A DNA stretch of 63,565 bases, filler included, from Intoshia linei (lineage: Eukaryota > Animalia > Orthonectida): the NCBI GenBank assembly GCA_001642005.1. It is 6 parts of 6 records of this genome, joined end to end, with 100 filler letters (N's around TTAATTAATTAA, not from the genome) between each part and the next. Parts side by side here need not be neighbours in the genome. Positions count along the whole stretch, not along the records: positions 1 to 30,220 come from LWCA01000368.1; 5 more parts are not named here. One strand, 5' to 3'. Shown here one piece after another: positions 1 through 14,900 of this stretch. How positions within the stretch are numbered: position 1 is the first letter of the stretch; each line of letters starts with the position of its first letter. The notes under the pieces are model-generated. The model was not told the origin of the DNA. It was given only the letters and a program-made list of their open reading frames with translations, and ran no database searches. The position numbers and the translations under genes are program-made.

Positions 1-340
1 CTTTCTAGCATTTATAATTTCGTGCAAAATTACAGGCTCACAATTGTATAAAGTTAATAAAATTAGCATTATCATCGAATTTTTAGTGCTATAAAATGCC
101 GACTCTACTGATTATATAGAAAATAAACTTAGATTCATGATTAATAATGTTCATTATTTGCATTTCACTGTCATTTTTATTGTTTTTTCATAGTGAACAT
201 TAAAAAAATTCAGAACCAAATGTTCACTATCAACAAGTCTGACGGTATTAATAATATAAAAACTTCACATTTAATATTGTGTATAAGATTATAACGATTG
301 GCAGATAAGAACTCTGATAAGTTTATCTTAAATAAAAAGA

Positions 341-410
341 TGTCGAAATCTCGATTCGAACCTAGCCACGCAGAATACAATTATATGACTATAACCACTG
401 CCAGTTAGAC
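341..410 (-). pseudogene. Degenerate tRNA-like sequence (tRNA pseudogene or SINE head)
   Basis: Minus strand reads GTCTAACTGGCAGTGGTTATAG...CTAGGTTCGAATCGAGATTTCGACA followed by TCTTTTT. This gives an A-box-like TGGCAGTGG, a B-box GGTTCGAATC, an imperfect acceptor stem and a T-run. The anticodon arm does not pair. Confidence 0.4.
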
Positions 411-706
411 ATCACAAGTGAGTTATATTAAAATAATATATTCGAATCTCGATTAGTATGATAGCGATATATCACTACAAAGATAGTAATATATGCTATA
501 ATTTATCAATTTGATTTTTTAAAAAACTGTTTATTGCTTAAAAATACGAAGAAGTCACAATTTATACAGAACATACGAAATTATTGCAGAAATGTATTGT
601 GTAGTTTAGCTGTATGTATTAATAATTTAAACGATATATGCCATGTTCGTATAATAATCTAGAGATATAAAAGTTGGAGAGCCATATAATTAATGTATTA
701 ATTTAG

Positions 707-1098
707 TGTCACTTCATGGAAAAGAAGTTGTTGCATGTGCTCCATTTCTCGACGATAAGGAAACAAAAAGGCTGACGACTCTCTTTAGACGTGGAAAACA
801 AATTGAAATCAAGAGAGTGAATCGACTAATGAACCAGCAATCCCAAATTAAAGGTGTAGTGATACGAAACATTATAAAGAAACCAATTAAACCTAATTCT
901 GCCAATAGAAAATGCGTCAAAGTTCGATTGAGCAGTGGAAAGGAAACAATAGCATACGTTCCAGGCGAAGGTCATAACTTACAAGAACATTCAACAGTGC
1001 TTATAGAAGGTGGTCGATTAAATGACGTACCAACAGTGAAACTTAAATGTATAAGAGGAAAATACGACCTAGCTCATGTCAAAAAAAGAGTTTTATAA
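707..1098 (+). CDS. MRPS12: Mitochondrial ribosomal protein S12 (uS12m); 5' exon/start not resolved
   Basis: Motifs [41 protein letters not shown] and IRGKYDL are the mitochondrial-type S12 signature. An ATTTAG acceptor lies at 701-706. Confidence 0.93.
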
Positions 1099-1119
1099 AA
1101 TGTATATTTAATAAACGCA

Positions 1120-2780
<1,661 letters not shown>

Positions 2781-2921
2781 TCAAAATTTTGCTCTAACAC
2801 TTTTCAAATTTATTTTACTACAGATGAGAATCTATGGTTACGAATTTATAAAATATAAAATTATCAATTGAAATTTATTTATTTATCAAAATAACAATAG
2901 TTTGCATGGATTATTTCATAT

Positions 2922-5900
2922 TTAATCTGGCCGAGTGCTAGGCGAATCCGTTTGTAAATATTGGTTCAAATCCTAAAGATATTAATTTGATAATAAAATG
3001 GTTAAATTACTATATGTTGATATTGATTGCAATGCTGAATAATATTGTTAAAATAATCAGTTTCATAAAGTGTTGAAAATTCAATGGAATCGGCACTATT
3101 GCCAAATTCTTTAACAAATGCGTTGAGACTTTTCTAAATTACCAATGAAAATTAATTTTGACGTTCAAACCAGCGTCAACATATCGTTTATGGTAGAAAT
3201 TTCATCAAATGTTTCAACTCCAGTCTGTACAATGTTTTTGTGATTTATTGCCTAAATTTAAATGCATCATTTTTAAACAGTCAATCAAAATAAAAAAAGA
3301 CGATCAAAAATTAGGACCACATAATTTGGAGTTCCAAATTGAAACTGCAGAATTATACCAAATCATAGGAAACCATTTATTTAAATTTATAATTATTACG
3401 TGATACATTTGAAGTGCATTGATCTTGTTATATCCAGCATCAGGATCAATTTCTTCTTCAATAACAAAATCGTACAAATTTTTGCTTTTATCGTTTTGTG
3501 ATGTTTCACTTATACATATATCCGTAATATTTTTGGTGGGTCTGTCCATAAAAATTTATTTCAAAAAAATTTAAGTAAGGTAGGTAAATAAATACAGTGG
3601 TACAGAAAGCTTGAAATAATATATAACGGTTACTTTAAGATGCTATTTACATTTGAATTAATTGTTACTTGTCGCAGGACAATTAAAAAATGGACTTTGG
3701 GTTATTTTTTTAACTCAAAAACTCTTTATAACTTTAAAAACTGACAATATCAACTGAAAATATTTATAATTTGAAAGTACATTTTAAAAGATTTATAAGG
3801 TGCTTCATTTCCGGAAACCACTGCCAGTGCACGTAAAAATCCTTGTTGTGTGTTTGGTGATGATGCAAAATATAATAGCTAAATAATTCATATAATTAAT
3901 ATAATACACGCATCCATTATAATCAGAGCAGAGGCGTTAATTCAAGTAATCATTATATTACGTAAACATCTCAAATTATTACATAAAAAGCAACCTAAAT
4001 GTTATTTGTGATTAAACCAACATTATCAAGAAATTATTGATAATTGTGTAAAAAACTACATTAGTCACGTGATATTTCAATTCATTGCATTGATAATGCC
4101 TTGTTTGGGGTTTAAACAGATTATTAAATTTGATTTAATCAGATTTATATAGTAATATTTTTGTGGTACGGTTCCATCCTAATTTCAACATTCAGTGTAA
4201 AACTGTATATATCAGACAGTCTAAACCCAGTAAGTGAAAAGGTGCCTGTGAGAAAGGTTAGGAAAGTGTTGATATAAAAAATAACCATTTTGTAATATTA
4301 TTTGTCCTAATTAGTACACTCATTATACATGTATGTAAAAATTACCATATCTGTGTAATAAAGGCGTTGATATTGATAGTATTGGTTGGCAAATATGTCA
4401 AATAAAAGTGGTTTAATGTTATTAATACGGTTATTATTCATTAAATAATCACTGTATTCATTAAAACTAGCATCACTACTCTGAGTCATCGCAACGTCCA
4501 CATTGTTATTAGTAAACCATAATTCAACCTAAAAAAAGTTACAATATTTAGAAAAACAAATTTTGATTCTAATTGTCTAATCCTAAATGTCTTCGTTACA
4601 GAATTGATGTAATTGAAAAATAAACCCACATCATTAACGAAGAAGGCTTAAAAAAAATTCCTCGTTAACAAAATTTTATATAAACTAATTAATAATTAAA
4701 ATAATGACAAATTAGACAGGTTTTTATAAAACTTTATAATTTTGAATTGGATACCCATACCCACCAAATTCTGACAAAAAACATTTAATGCTAGTACTTT
4801 TATATTTTCATTATGATAAATGATTTTTAATATTATTATATAACTACATCCAGGACCGTGGCGATGGATTAGGCTCTCCAATGACGAGGGACCTCCTATT
4901 TTAATTTATTAATAGTAATGTTGAAAAATTTTCATTTTTATGATGCCATTTCCAACTGTTATTTCTACTTTTTAGACAATAAACGATCGATTTAAGTTTA
5001 ATTAAACAAGGTATAGACTATTCACTAGTGTGTTCATTGTACACTGTTCAATCTAGAATTTTTATAAATTCAATAAAACTAAGTAAAAAACTAAAAAGAT
5101 TAAAAAAATATCAATTTAAAAAAAATTGATAGATTTCTTCATTTACTACAAATATATTTAAATTTTATTTATTCACAAACTACATATGATAACTGTATAA
5201 ACAAATTCAAAATCTAAGTGACCCAATTCTCAAAAATGATCTTATTCAATCAACTATCGAGTTTTGAAATTCAATAAAAGTAAAACTAAATACTCAGTAA
5301 AATTTAGTACTTATTACAAAAATTGAATACACTAGTATAGATCAGGGGTTATCAACGGCAGGCGAATTGCACCCAAGGGCTCGATTCTTTAAAAATTGAG
5401 TAACTAACAACTTGTTTATGAAGCATGGAGGGGCAATTCTAAAAGTAGGTTTAGAACCCCTGGTATACATCAGTAGTTCTCAACCTTTTTTATAATCCAC
5501 ACTTAAACCAAAAATTCACACATATTTTTTTAAATCCCATCTCTATAATAAAGAATTATAATTTAATATAAACAATGGCATATTTATTAAACCTGTAAAA
5601 TTACCTATATTATGTGGTTCTCAATTTGTTTCAAGAATTTACCGATATAAGTTATATTTATATTATAACCAATAATTCTCTTAAAAAAATGAAATACTCT
5701 TGTATGTTGTTTTAGCTAAAAAATTTAACGAAATGATTTTAACATTTTAATCAAATGACGAACAAAATTTTTAGATTTCCATTAATAAAATATATTTATC
5801 CTTACTTATATAATATTCTACGCAATATTTGTTTGTGCGTTTGTGTGTGTGTTCTCGTTTATTTCAATAACTACCAGTCTTAGAATTTTATAAAGTTCAC

Positions 5901-8900
5901 ATTTCAATTACAGTTTTTTCTGGGGGTGTTAGCAAAAATATAAAAAAATATATCTTCACGGCCAAAACCACAAATTACCCTTTTTTTTTAATCAAAACAA
6001 CCCTATAATTTAAAAAAATTACAGGTGGTACAGTTATATCCTGTTAACACAGACAAAAAATTTCAACATGAACAAGTGACGCCTTCATGGTCAAAAAAGC
6101 AGTTTAGTTTTCATATATTTTTTTAGAAATATTTTATTAAAACAAAAAATGTGAAATAAATTAAAGGTCTGATAATTAAAAAAAAAACTATTCTGATAGA
6201 ACTTATTCCAGTTAATATAAATACAAAAATTTACACATTCCCGGTGAAAAATAATCTTTACTATATTATCAACCAATATTTTTCAAATATTTTCTAAACA
6301 AAATTTTCTATAGGGTCTACAATTTTCATCTGGCCGGGTCAGATGCTGGCTCTCCACGGCCCTAATTACATATAAATCGAAATTTAAATTTTTAAATAAA
6401 ACTTACATGTTCATATTGCTGTCTGCTTATGTATCCTAAATTTCGTTGATCAATTACTTTAAATATATTGAGGGCATTCAATAAGTCTTTTTGTGTAGGA
6501 TATGGGAATGGATTAATTAAAGAAATAAAAAATGTTCTCCAGTTTATGTGGGATCTTCCCATTGCTAATTGATAAATCATTGCGTCAATCTAAAAATTAT
6601 ATTAAAATTAATTATTATTATAATTATAATAGATGGCAGCCATTAAATGTATATATATTTATAATTTTTCACAGATTAAGGTGATATACACAGAAACCTG
6701 ATTATCATGCAAGAGGCTAACAAATTTTAAAGTACAGTGGTTGTTCTCAAAAGTGACCGCTTCAAAAATGTATAATTTTCCCAGGGAAAAATGCAATACT
6801 GTAGTATTTCACACAACACCAGTCGAGCATCACTGGTGGTTAATAATCAGGATGATAACATAGTTAATTATTATGAGATTGTAATTATATATAAAATACC
6901 TTTTCTGGTTCAATTTCGAGCCAAATCAATGGAAATATATTAGTAGCTAAGGAATCATGACATAATTCCTTTAAATTTTTGATGAAAGATTTTATAGGGA
7001 AATATCCGTCTGTAGAGTATTCACTAAGCTAAATAAATAGAGTTTTGAAAAATTAAATATGATTACAACTTGATTTAAAATTCAAATTAAATTACATTTT
7101 TATATAAATTAGATAATTGAGAAGCGTCCATCAGGTTCATGGAATGATTATCTACATTGATATTTTGTTGTTGAATTTTAATCACCTTTTTAAAAGATTT
7201 TGACTAAAAATTTAATATTACATTAAAAAATTTCATTTTCAAATTGTACCAAACCAATCACTTTTATATCCCATTACGGAACGACGAGTTCACGTCACTA
7301 TCAGTACGTACTACGTACATTATGGTTGTATCCCTTCTCATTTTCTGATATGTCGACTTTTACTTTTACTCAGTAATGATGTACAATTATTACCGATAAA
7401 AAATTAAAATTCAGAAAATTTTTCAATTTATACAGGGTTGGCTTATACACAATCAAATGTTCCATAGTCGTATTTTCTACGTATACAATATATAGATACA
7501 TTTGATAATAATTGTGATTGAATTTCCTTAATTTTAGTATCATATTGATAAATTTGATTTTTTAAACTTTCTTCAATATCTTTGTCACATTTAACATTAT
7601 TTTTCAATTTGTTGTATTCCACATTCTTTTCCGATAACTTTTTTCCAAGACATTTAATTTCACTTTAAGTTGGTCATTTCCACATTCCAATGATTGAAAT
7701 TGACATTTTTTCAAATTTTCTTCTAATTTAGATATTTTGTTTTGATTCGTAACGTTTTCTTCTTTTTGTTTAAACAAAATTTTTTTTGTTGCAATATCTG
7801 AAATTTAAGTTTTTTGGTAGACTGAGAAAATTCAAAATTTTTTAATATAGACTTTGTCAACTTTTCAGTTACATTTAACAATTTATCACTAATTTCTTTC
7901 ATATCATTTGATTTTTCATAAATTTTTGTTTTTAGTTTATCAATTTCTTTTTCTTTTTCATTTTCAGTTTTTATATTATTATTATTTATGCGTTAACAAT
8001 GGTCACACTAATTAATTTCGATTTTGACCATAAAGGAATCAATTGCTGAAAATTAAATTTGCTATAAAAAATGACTTCATTGTTTTAGATAAGTATTCAT
8101 TGGCGTAGAATCCTCCAACAGGTACTAGTATAAAAAATATTTTGTTAGATATATCGGCAACGTCAATTCGGCATGTATGATTATAATATATTTTGATCGA
8201 GTTATAACAATTATTTAAAAATAATTATTATTAGCAGTAGTTAAATTAATAGTACAATTACAAATAATAATTAAAATTATTATTTGTTATAAATATGTAT
8301 CATTTATGTATATTATATTATATGTTGTTAGTAAAATTATTAAATTAATGCATTACTGTATCTATTAAAAAATTGTCTTGTTTTAAAATCACAAAATTAT
8401 CAATTTTTTTGGGAATTTCAATATGCAGTTTAAAGAGATGAATAACGTTGTCAATTCTAAAAATTAAATAAAAATGATTAATACAATAATTAAATTACGT
8501 TTTCATTTGAAGCAAATATCGGTTAGAAATCCAATCTTCCATATCGCTGCAAAGATTGTTCATTTTATTTTTTAAATCCTTAATCATATTTTTAGATACA
8601 ATCTTGACCACTTCACATAATTGTTTGAATGAGTTTACTAAAGTTGATTCAATTTATAAATCGTATTTCATACACCGGGGACCCCCATCCTCGTGGCTGT
8701 ATCAAATTTCAATTTTTATTCCAAAAAATTCCATTTCTATCATAAAATACATTAAAATTTAAAAGTATTGTAATGTAAACTATAAGTTCTTGCAAATTAA
8801 AATTATTTACAAACTCCAAAATTGAGGTTCTTTTAATTCTAACTCTTTTATTTTTAAAAAAAAGGGGTAATCTAAGGTTTTGTTTGTGAAAATTCAACTT

Positions 8901-11900
8901 TCTGAGATTTAGTTATACGACCATATTAATGATTTTTGACGCGTCCCAAAATCTATGTTTTTTAAAATTTTAAGGAAAATTTTATTTTTAAAAAATAAAA
9001 TATTACATTGTTCATGTAGGGCAAATACATATTCATTTCTATTTTTCTCATTATACATCATAAGTTGTTGAAATTTCTTATCGGATTCTTCTAACTCTAA
9101 AAAAATAAATTATAATTATTATTAAGACATTATAAATTGACAAATTCACTTTTTCAAACTTTTTTAATCAATTTTTTAATCTAATTTTGTTCAATAATCC
9201 TAAAAGTAGATTTTTTATGGAAAAAATCATTCTAACAATTAGTAAATTAACAATGAAATGCTATACTTTGATACAAAAATTACGGGGCACCTTTTAACAT
9301 GGCTTGGAAAGTAGCTATTGTTTTGAAAAATGAAAATCTGTTAATCGAAATGTCGATAATATAGGCTATACATCAGTGGTTCCCCATTCAAATAGTACGG
9401 AATTTTAAATAGTGTACAGACCCCGTTTCAAAATATTTTTTTTTGAATCTAAGCAAATTAAAGGTTTTCTCATAAGATTTGGTAAAATGGTGTTTTTGAA
9501 AAAAATATTAAAAAAAAGCAAGTTTTGCTTTAAGGGTTGATAAATTGGATTTTTTCATTTTTTTTAGGGTTTGGAATTAAGAAGTTGTTGCTCATAAGAT
9601 TTGATAAAATGTGATTTTTTATTTTGTGGTTTGATTAAGTGGATTTTTCAAAAAATATAGGTAAAAGTGGGATTTTTGAAATAATAATGTAGAAGTCGAG
9701 GTTTTGAGATAAATTCCCAACATTTGACAACTCTGTAATAAATATTAAAAATTCTCCTATAAAAATAAACAAAAGTTGAAAAAAATTTTTTGTATATATC
9801 AGTCATATAATTTTATACCCAATCGAGAACCACTGCTATATATTACAACTTTTTAGTTGGTATTTAATTTACGTTTTAATTCTTCTTCAGCGTTATCTAC
9901 AATTACTGCATTCGAGCTTTTTTTAGGTGAAGGTGATCTATTTTTTTTAGATTTAGGGTTACCAGGATTTTGAGTATTCTTTGCATTAGCATTTATAGCT
10001 TTCTTTTCTTTTTCTAAATTTCTTTCTTTTTCCTTTTCAAATTCAATATCTTTCTGTTTGTTAATTTGAATCATTGCATTAAATATCTATTAAAATCAAT
10101 TTAAAGTAGAATGCATGAATATTTAAAAAGTTTGGTCAATATCAGGCCGCATCCCAGGTAAATCAGACTCGTAAATTTAATTTAATTTTAAATTCTCATC
10201 ATCTATCCCATTATTTATCCAGACATTTGTTTACCTCACGTACAAGTAAACATTACATTGCAATGTATTGTAACGGCAATATCGCTGCTGTTGATATTAA
10301 CAAAAATTAGTGTCAATTGATATTTAATTAGTCTGTTTTACCATTTCTGTGTTTCTGAGATGAATTTCAGAGATTAAATTTCTCAGATAAAATTACCAAT
10401 TTCTCTAGACTTGATATCGCTAAACTGGAAGCTTCGTGAACTAGACGTTCTTCATCACATTCATAACTTGAATTTGAGTCATTTTTGTTGTTTGGCTTAG
10501 AAGCGTCTTTATTAGCAGTTTTTGTTCCTGAATCAATAGAAATATTTTGATTACGCGGTATCAATGGAATTCTAAAAGAACTATCATAAAGGTGATAAAT
10601 TAGATAAACAAGTTGGATATATGTGAATCAAATGAATTGTTTAGCTTCTTTTCTTCTTTACTTTCTTTTTTACTGCTAATCGATCCAGCACTACGGGTCA
10701 ATGAAGCATTAACACTTCCAGGACTCTGTGATTCTAAAGATTCACTAACAAGTCTGTCTAATTTAGCTGAACTTTCAACATTCACCATATCAATCTATAC
10801 AAAGATTAAAATTTATAAAGAATTTTAATCTTTAAAAGGTTGATAAAGTAAATTACCCTAAACCTATAAACAATGATTGTTAACTTACTAATATCAATTA
10901 AAAATTTCTATAAACAGTTATATATTACCGCTATTAATGGTATTCTTCCAAACTCAATACAATTTTCCAAGTCAGTTTTATCAAGATTAGCAACATTACG
11001 ATAATAGTCTGTCAAAATTTTACAAACATCTTCAGATTTAGATAGTTCAATTTGTAAAATTTGCAAAAAAATATTGGTTACAAATCCAATTCTATCATAT
11101 AACCAAGTATTATCTTTAATTTCGTTTTTTTCTTTTTCCATAAACAATTTTGAAGAATCACTCAATGTCCATAATTTATCTTGTAATTCTTCCAATCTGC
11201 AGTGTAATTCTGATTTTCCTTCAATATCGAATGCGATATATTCTGGTAAATCATTAAATTCCTAAATTATTATTTTAAATAAAAATAATGCAATCAGAGC
11301 CGTCTTAAGCCACTTCTTTGGCCCTTTAAAATTTTGAACGAAGCGATAAAAAAAATTAGGTCCTTTGTTTAGACTGACCTTTAGACCTTTGGTTGGAGAC
11401 TTAGAGTTTTATTTCATTGCGTATTAATAAAAGCATTAAAAGATATTATGTAGGTTTCTAGTAATTTTTATTTATTTTACAAAAACCTACTTACATTAAT
11501 TAATAAACAAAGTTTACTGTTTCATTTGAAAATATGCACCATGCAGTCACAAAAAATTCTTGACAATTCTTGACAAATGTTGTTTTCTCACTTTTTTCTG
11601 AGAGAAATCAGATATGATATTATCAAAACTGATATCATTCTCAATTGACATTAAGGAGAGTGCATTCAAACAAGGTTGAGTTAAGCAATTTCGAAGTTCA
11701 TTCTTAATTATTTTTAGTTTAGAAAAAGTTCAAACTTCAATAAACTTCAAAACTTATAAACTGATTCTTAAGATATAAATGTAAAGTACTTTTATTAATT
11801 TGAGGGCCTCTTTTTAAGATATAAATGTAATTACTTTTATTAATTTGGGGGCCTTTTTTAATGAGGGGCCCTGGGCTACAGCCCATATTGCCCATGCCTT

Positions 11901-14900
11901 AAAACGGCTCTGAATTCAATTCTAAAGGCAATTCTTTATTAGGCCTATACATTTTTTCTATTGAGAATTTCAAAATTTTTTTAATATTTTTTTTAATATA
12001 CACTAGCTTGTCTGTTTTTTTGTATCAGTCAGGGGTAGATTTCACGGATGGGCAAATTTTCAATTTTAGGTTTTGTGTGCAATAAATGTATAATTTACTT
12101 GAATAAAATTAAGTGTATTTGTGTTTTACGTTTAATTAAATTTTTTTTAAAAATAAAGCGATCTAGAATTTAAGAGAACTCAGTTTCAAATAAAGTTTTT
12201 AGAGAGTGATTTATATAGAAAATTTCAATATGAGAAATTGAACATTTCAGGGTCAATAACCTATATTACTCTAATTTTTTTTAATTGAAAAATTCGAAGA
12301 GTTTTTAAATAATTTTTTAATCTGCAAAAATGTATGATTATAGGAGAAATTGTGGAAGTAATAAATAAAATTTAAATTTTCACTTTTCATCAGAATTTAA
12401 TTCAAAAATTCAAAAAATTTGGTGCCAATCATCAATTATAATATACAAATAATATTGTACATTAAAATTAATTTTGCACTAGAAATGTATAGATTTCTGA
12501 ATTTATCCGTAAATTTTTTTTAAAACTTTAGAACCTTTAAATAATCAGTTAAAATTCAATTAACATTTTTTATTTACAATGCTATCGCAATAATTTGAAA
12601 ATACAAAAATAATAAATATTAAAGTGCATTTTGACCATGAAGGCGTTAAATTTGTATTACAAGTAATACATAATGTAATAATTTTCTCATTTTTCAAAAT
12701 AATGGGTAATTTCTGGATTTGATCCTGAAGAACTAATTTCATATTAAATTTATTACATTGCATTTACTTAGAAAAATAGTATTATAATTATAATTATAGT
12801 ACTAATACAGTCAAAATCTCATTTAACGAAAATGAAAAATGTTAAAATGGCATATTCGTTAAATGAATTTAACGAAAATATTAGAAATGGGCAGCTGCAC
12901 ACATGCCTTAAATTTATCAAAATTACATTTAATATGTACAAATAATTAAACTTTTTATTATACATGTATATAAAGATTCTATGACTTCATTACAGAGTCG
13001 ATCTAATATTTAAATTAAAGCCATATAACCATAACAACATTTAAAAAACTCCTAAAAACTACTAAAAAATAAAATATTATTGAATTTACACGTTCGTTTA
13101 TCAGAAATTCGTTAAATACCAGATATTTAGGCATTTATATAGAAAATAAAATTTCGACGTTCGTTAAATGAAATATTCGTTAAACAAAAAATTCGTTAAA
13201 TGAGATTTTGACTGTACAAATTAATTTTTAATTTGTAGACAATTTGTATATGTGTTTTTAATTTTTAAAAGACAGGGATTCTTAATTTTTTTATTTTAAA
13301 AAAAGTAATTTGGGTTTTTAACCGTGAATAAGCAAAATTATGAGTTCATTTTTATCTTAGTCTGTAAAAAAACCGACTTATAATTTGTGTTTTTCTATAG
13401 GATTCATACATGTTTCGGAACTAATTGATAGTTAATTGTAAATGTACATTAATTGATTGTAAAATGATATATATTGGATATGATAAATTACTCGTTGCCA
13501 TTCTGCGAGTAAATCTTGTTGTGCATCTTCTTTGTTCAAATTTTGAATAAACATATTTCTAAATAAAAAATAATTACGATGAAAAAAATTATATTATATT
13601 CATTATACCTAATATTAAATATGTAATTAATAATGCAATAATTTTCTTCTCGAAGGCATTGTAAATTTGTCTTCATTGAATTTGCGTAGTTATTCATTGT
13701 ATCATTAATATGGTTTAATAACAAATCAGCATATTTCTAACGAGTATAATTAATTATTGGTTATATTATAGTGTCTATGTTAAGGGGAAAATTTTATCAT
13801 TTTTGCCCTATTCATTCTGATTATGAATTGACAAAGAACCTTTTATAAACTTTTTTCTTCTAACTGGTAGACTTCTACTAAATGTTTTGACTGAAAGATA
13901 AAATATGGTAAATTAAAATAAAATTTAACGTGGTAGTTCTCAATTTGTTTTTATTTAAATTTATTTACAGAATGGTAGAAAACAATGCGAACCAGCTGTT
14001 GGCCGAACATTCAGTTAAGGGACATGCATTTAAGCAATGTATTGTTAGATTGATACATCTTAAAACGATATAATCATCGATTTTGATAATTAATCATTGA
14101 TTTTTTCACCAAATTTTAGAAAAAATCAATAATATGGTTAATCAGTAAAATCAATGATTATATCATAGGTCTTAGAGTATAAGTCTTAGAGTCACAGATT
14201 TATCGCTCAAATGGATATAACTATAGAGCAGCGGTTCCCAATTTGGGTCCCTGAACCCTTTGGGGTTCAAAATTATATTCCTGGGGTTCGTTAGAATTAC
14301 ATATGTAAATAAAATATAAAAACAAATTTTATCAACTTTTGTTTATTTTTATTGGAGAATTTTTAATATTTATTACAGATTTGCCAGATGTTGAGAATTT
14401 ATGCCAAAGCCTAAACGACCGGTAAATTAATATTTCAAAAATTCCACTTTATCCCATTATTAATAAAATTTAATAAAAAATACCGTTTTAAACTCTCAAA
14501 TGAAAATTGACTTTTACCAATATTTTTTTGAAAAACACGATTTTATCAAATTTTATCAGAAAAATCTCTTTATCCAAACACAAAACAAAAATCCAATTTT
14601 AGCAACGTTTAAGGGAAATATCCCTTTTTTCCAATATTTTTTTGAAAAAAACGATTTTACCATAAGTTATGACAAAAAAGAAATTCAATTTTTTCATTAA
14701 TGTTTCATATTTCATGTTTTTATAGGGGTCCAAAAAAATGAAATAATGAAATGAGGGGCCGTGCACTATTTCCATCGGGAGTCACCGCTCTAAAGAATGG
14801 ACGTCGTTGGGAAACGCTGATCTATAATTAAATTATTCTAATTCATACTTTCTTTAAAATGTTCAGCTTTTATTGGTCTAATGCAGTGATTCTTAACCAG

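Noticed and set aside
1-275. Possible terminal exons of an upstream plus-strand gene
   Set aside because: Splice-like signals exist, but I could not establish a consistent frame or recognise a product.
706-1098. Bacterial rpsL indicating contamination or horizontal transfer
   Set aside because: The NSANRKC and RGKYDL motifs are mitochondrial-type, there is no rpsG/fusA operon, and the gene abuts an intron-rich eukaryotic gene.
3304-4501. ORFs 3304-3549 and 4307-4501 as independent small genes
   Set aside because: They splice in frame into the SPEF2 C-terminus.
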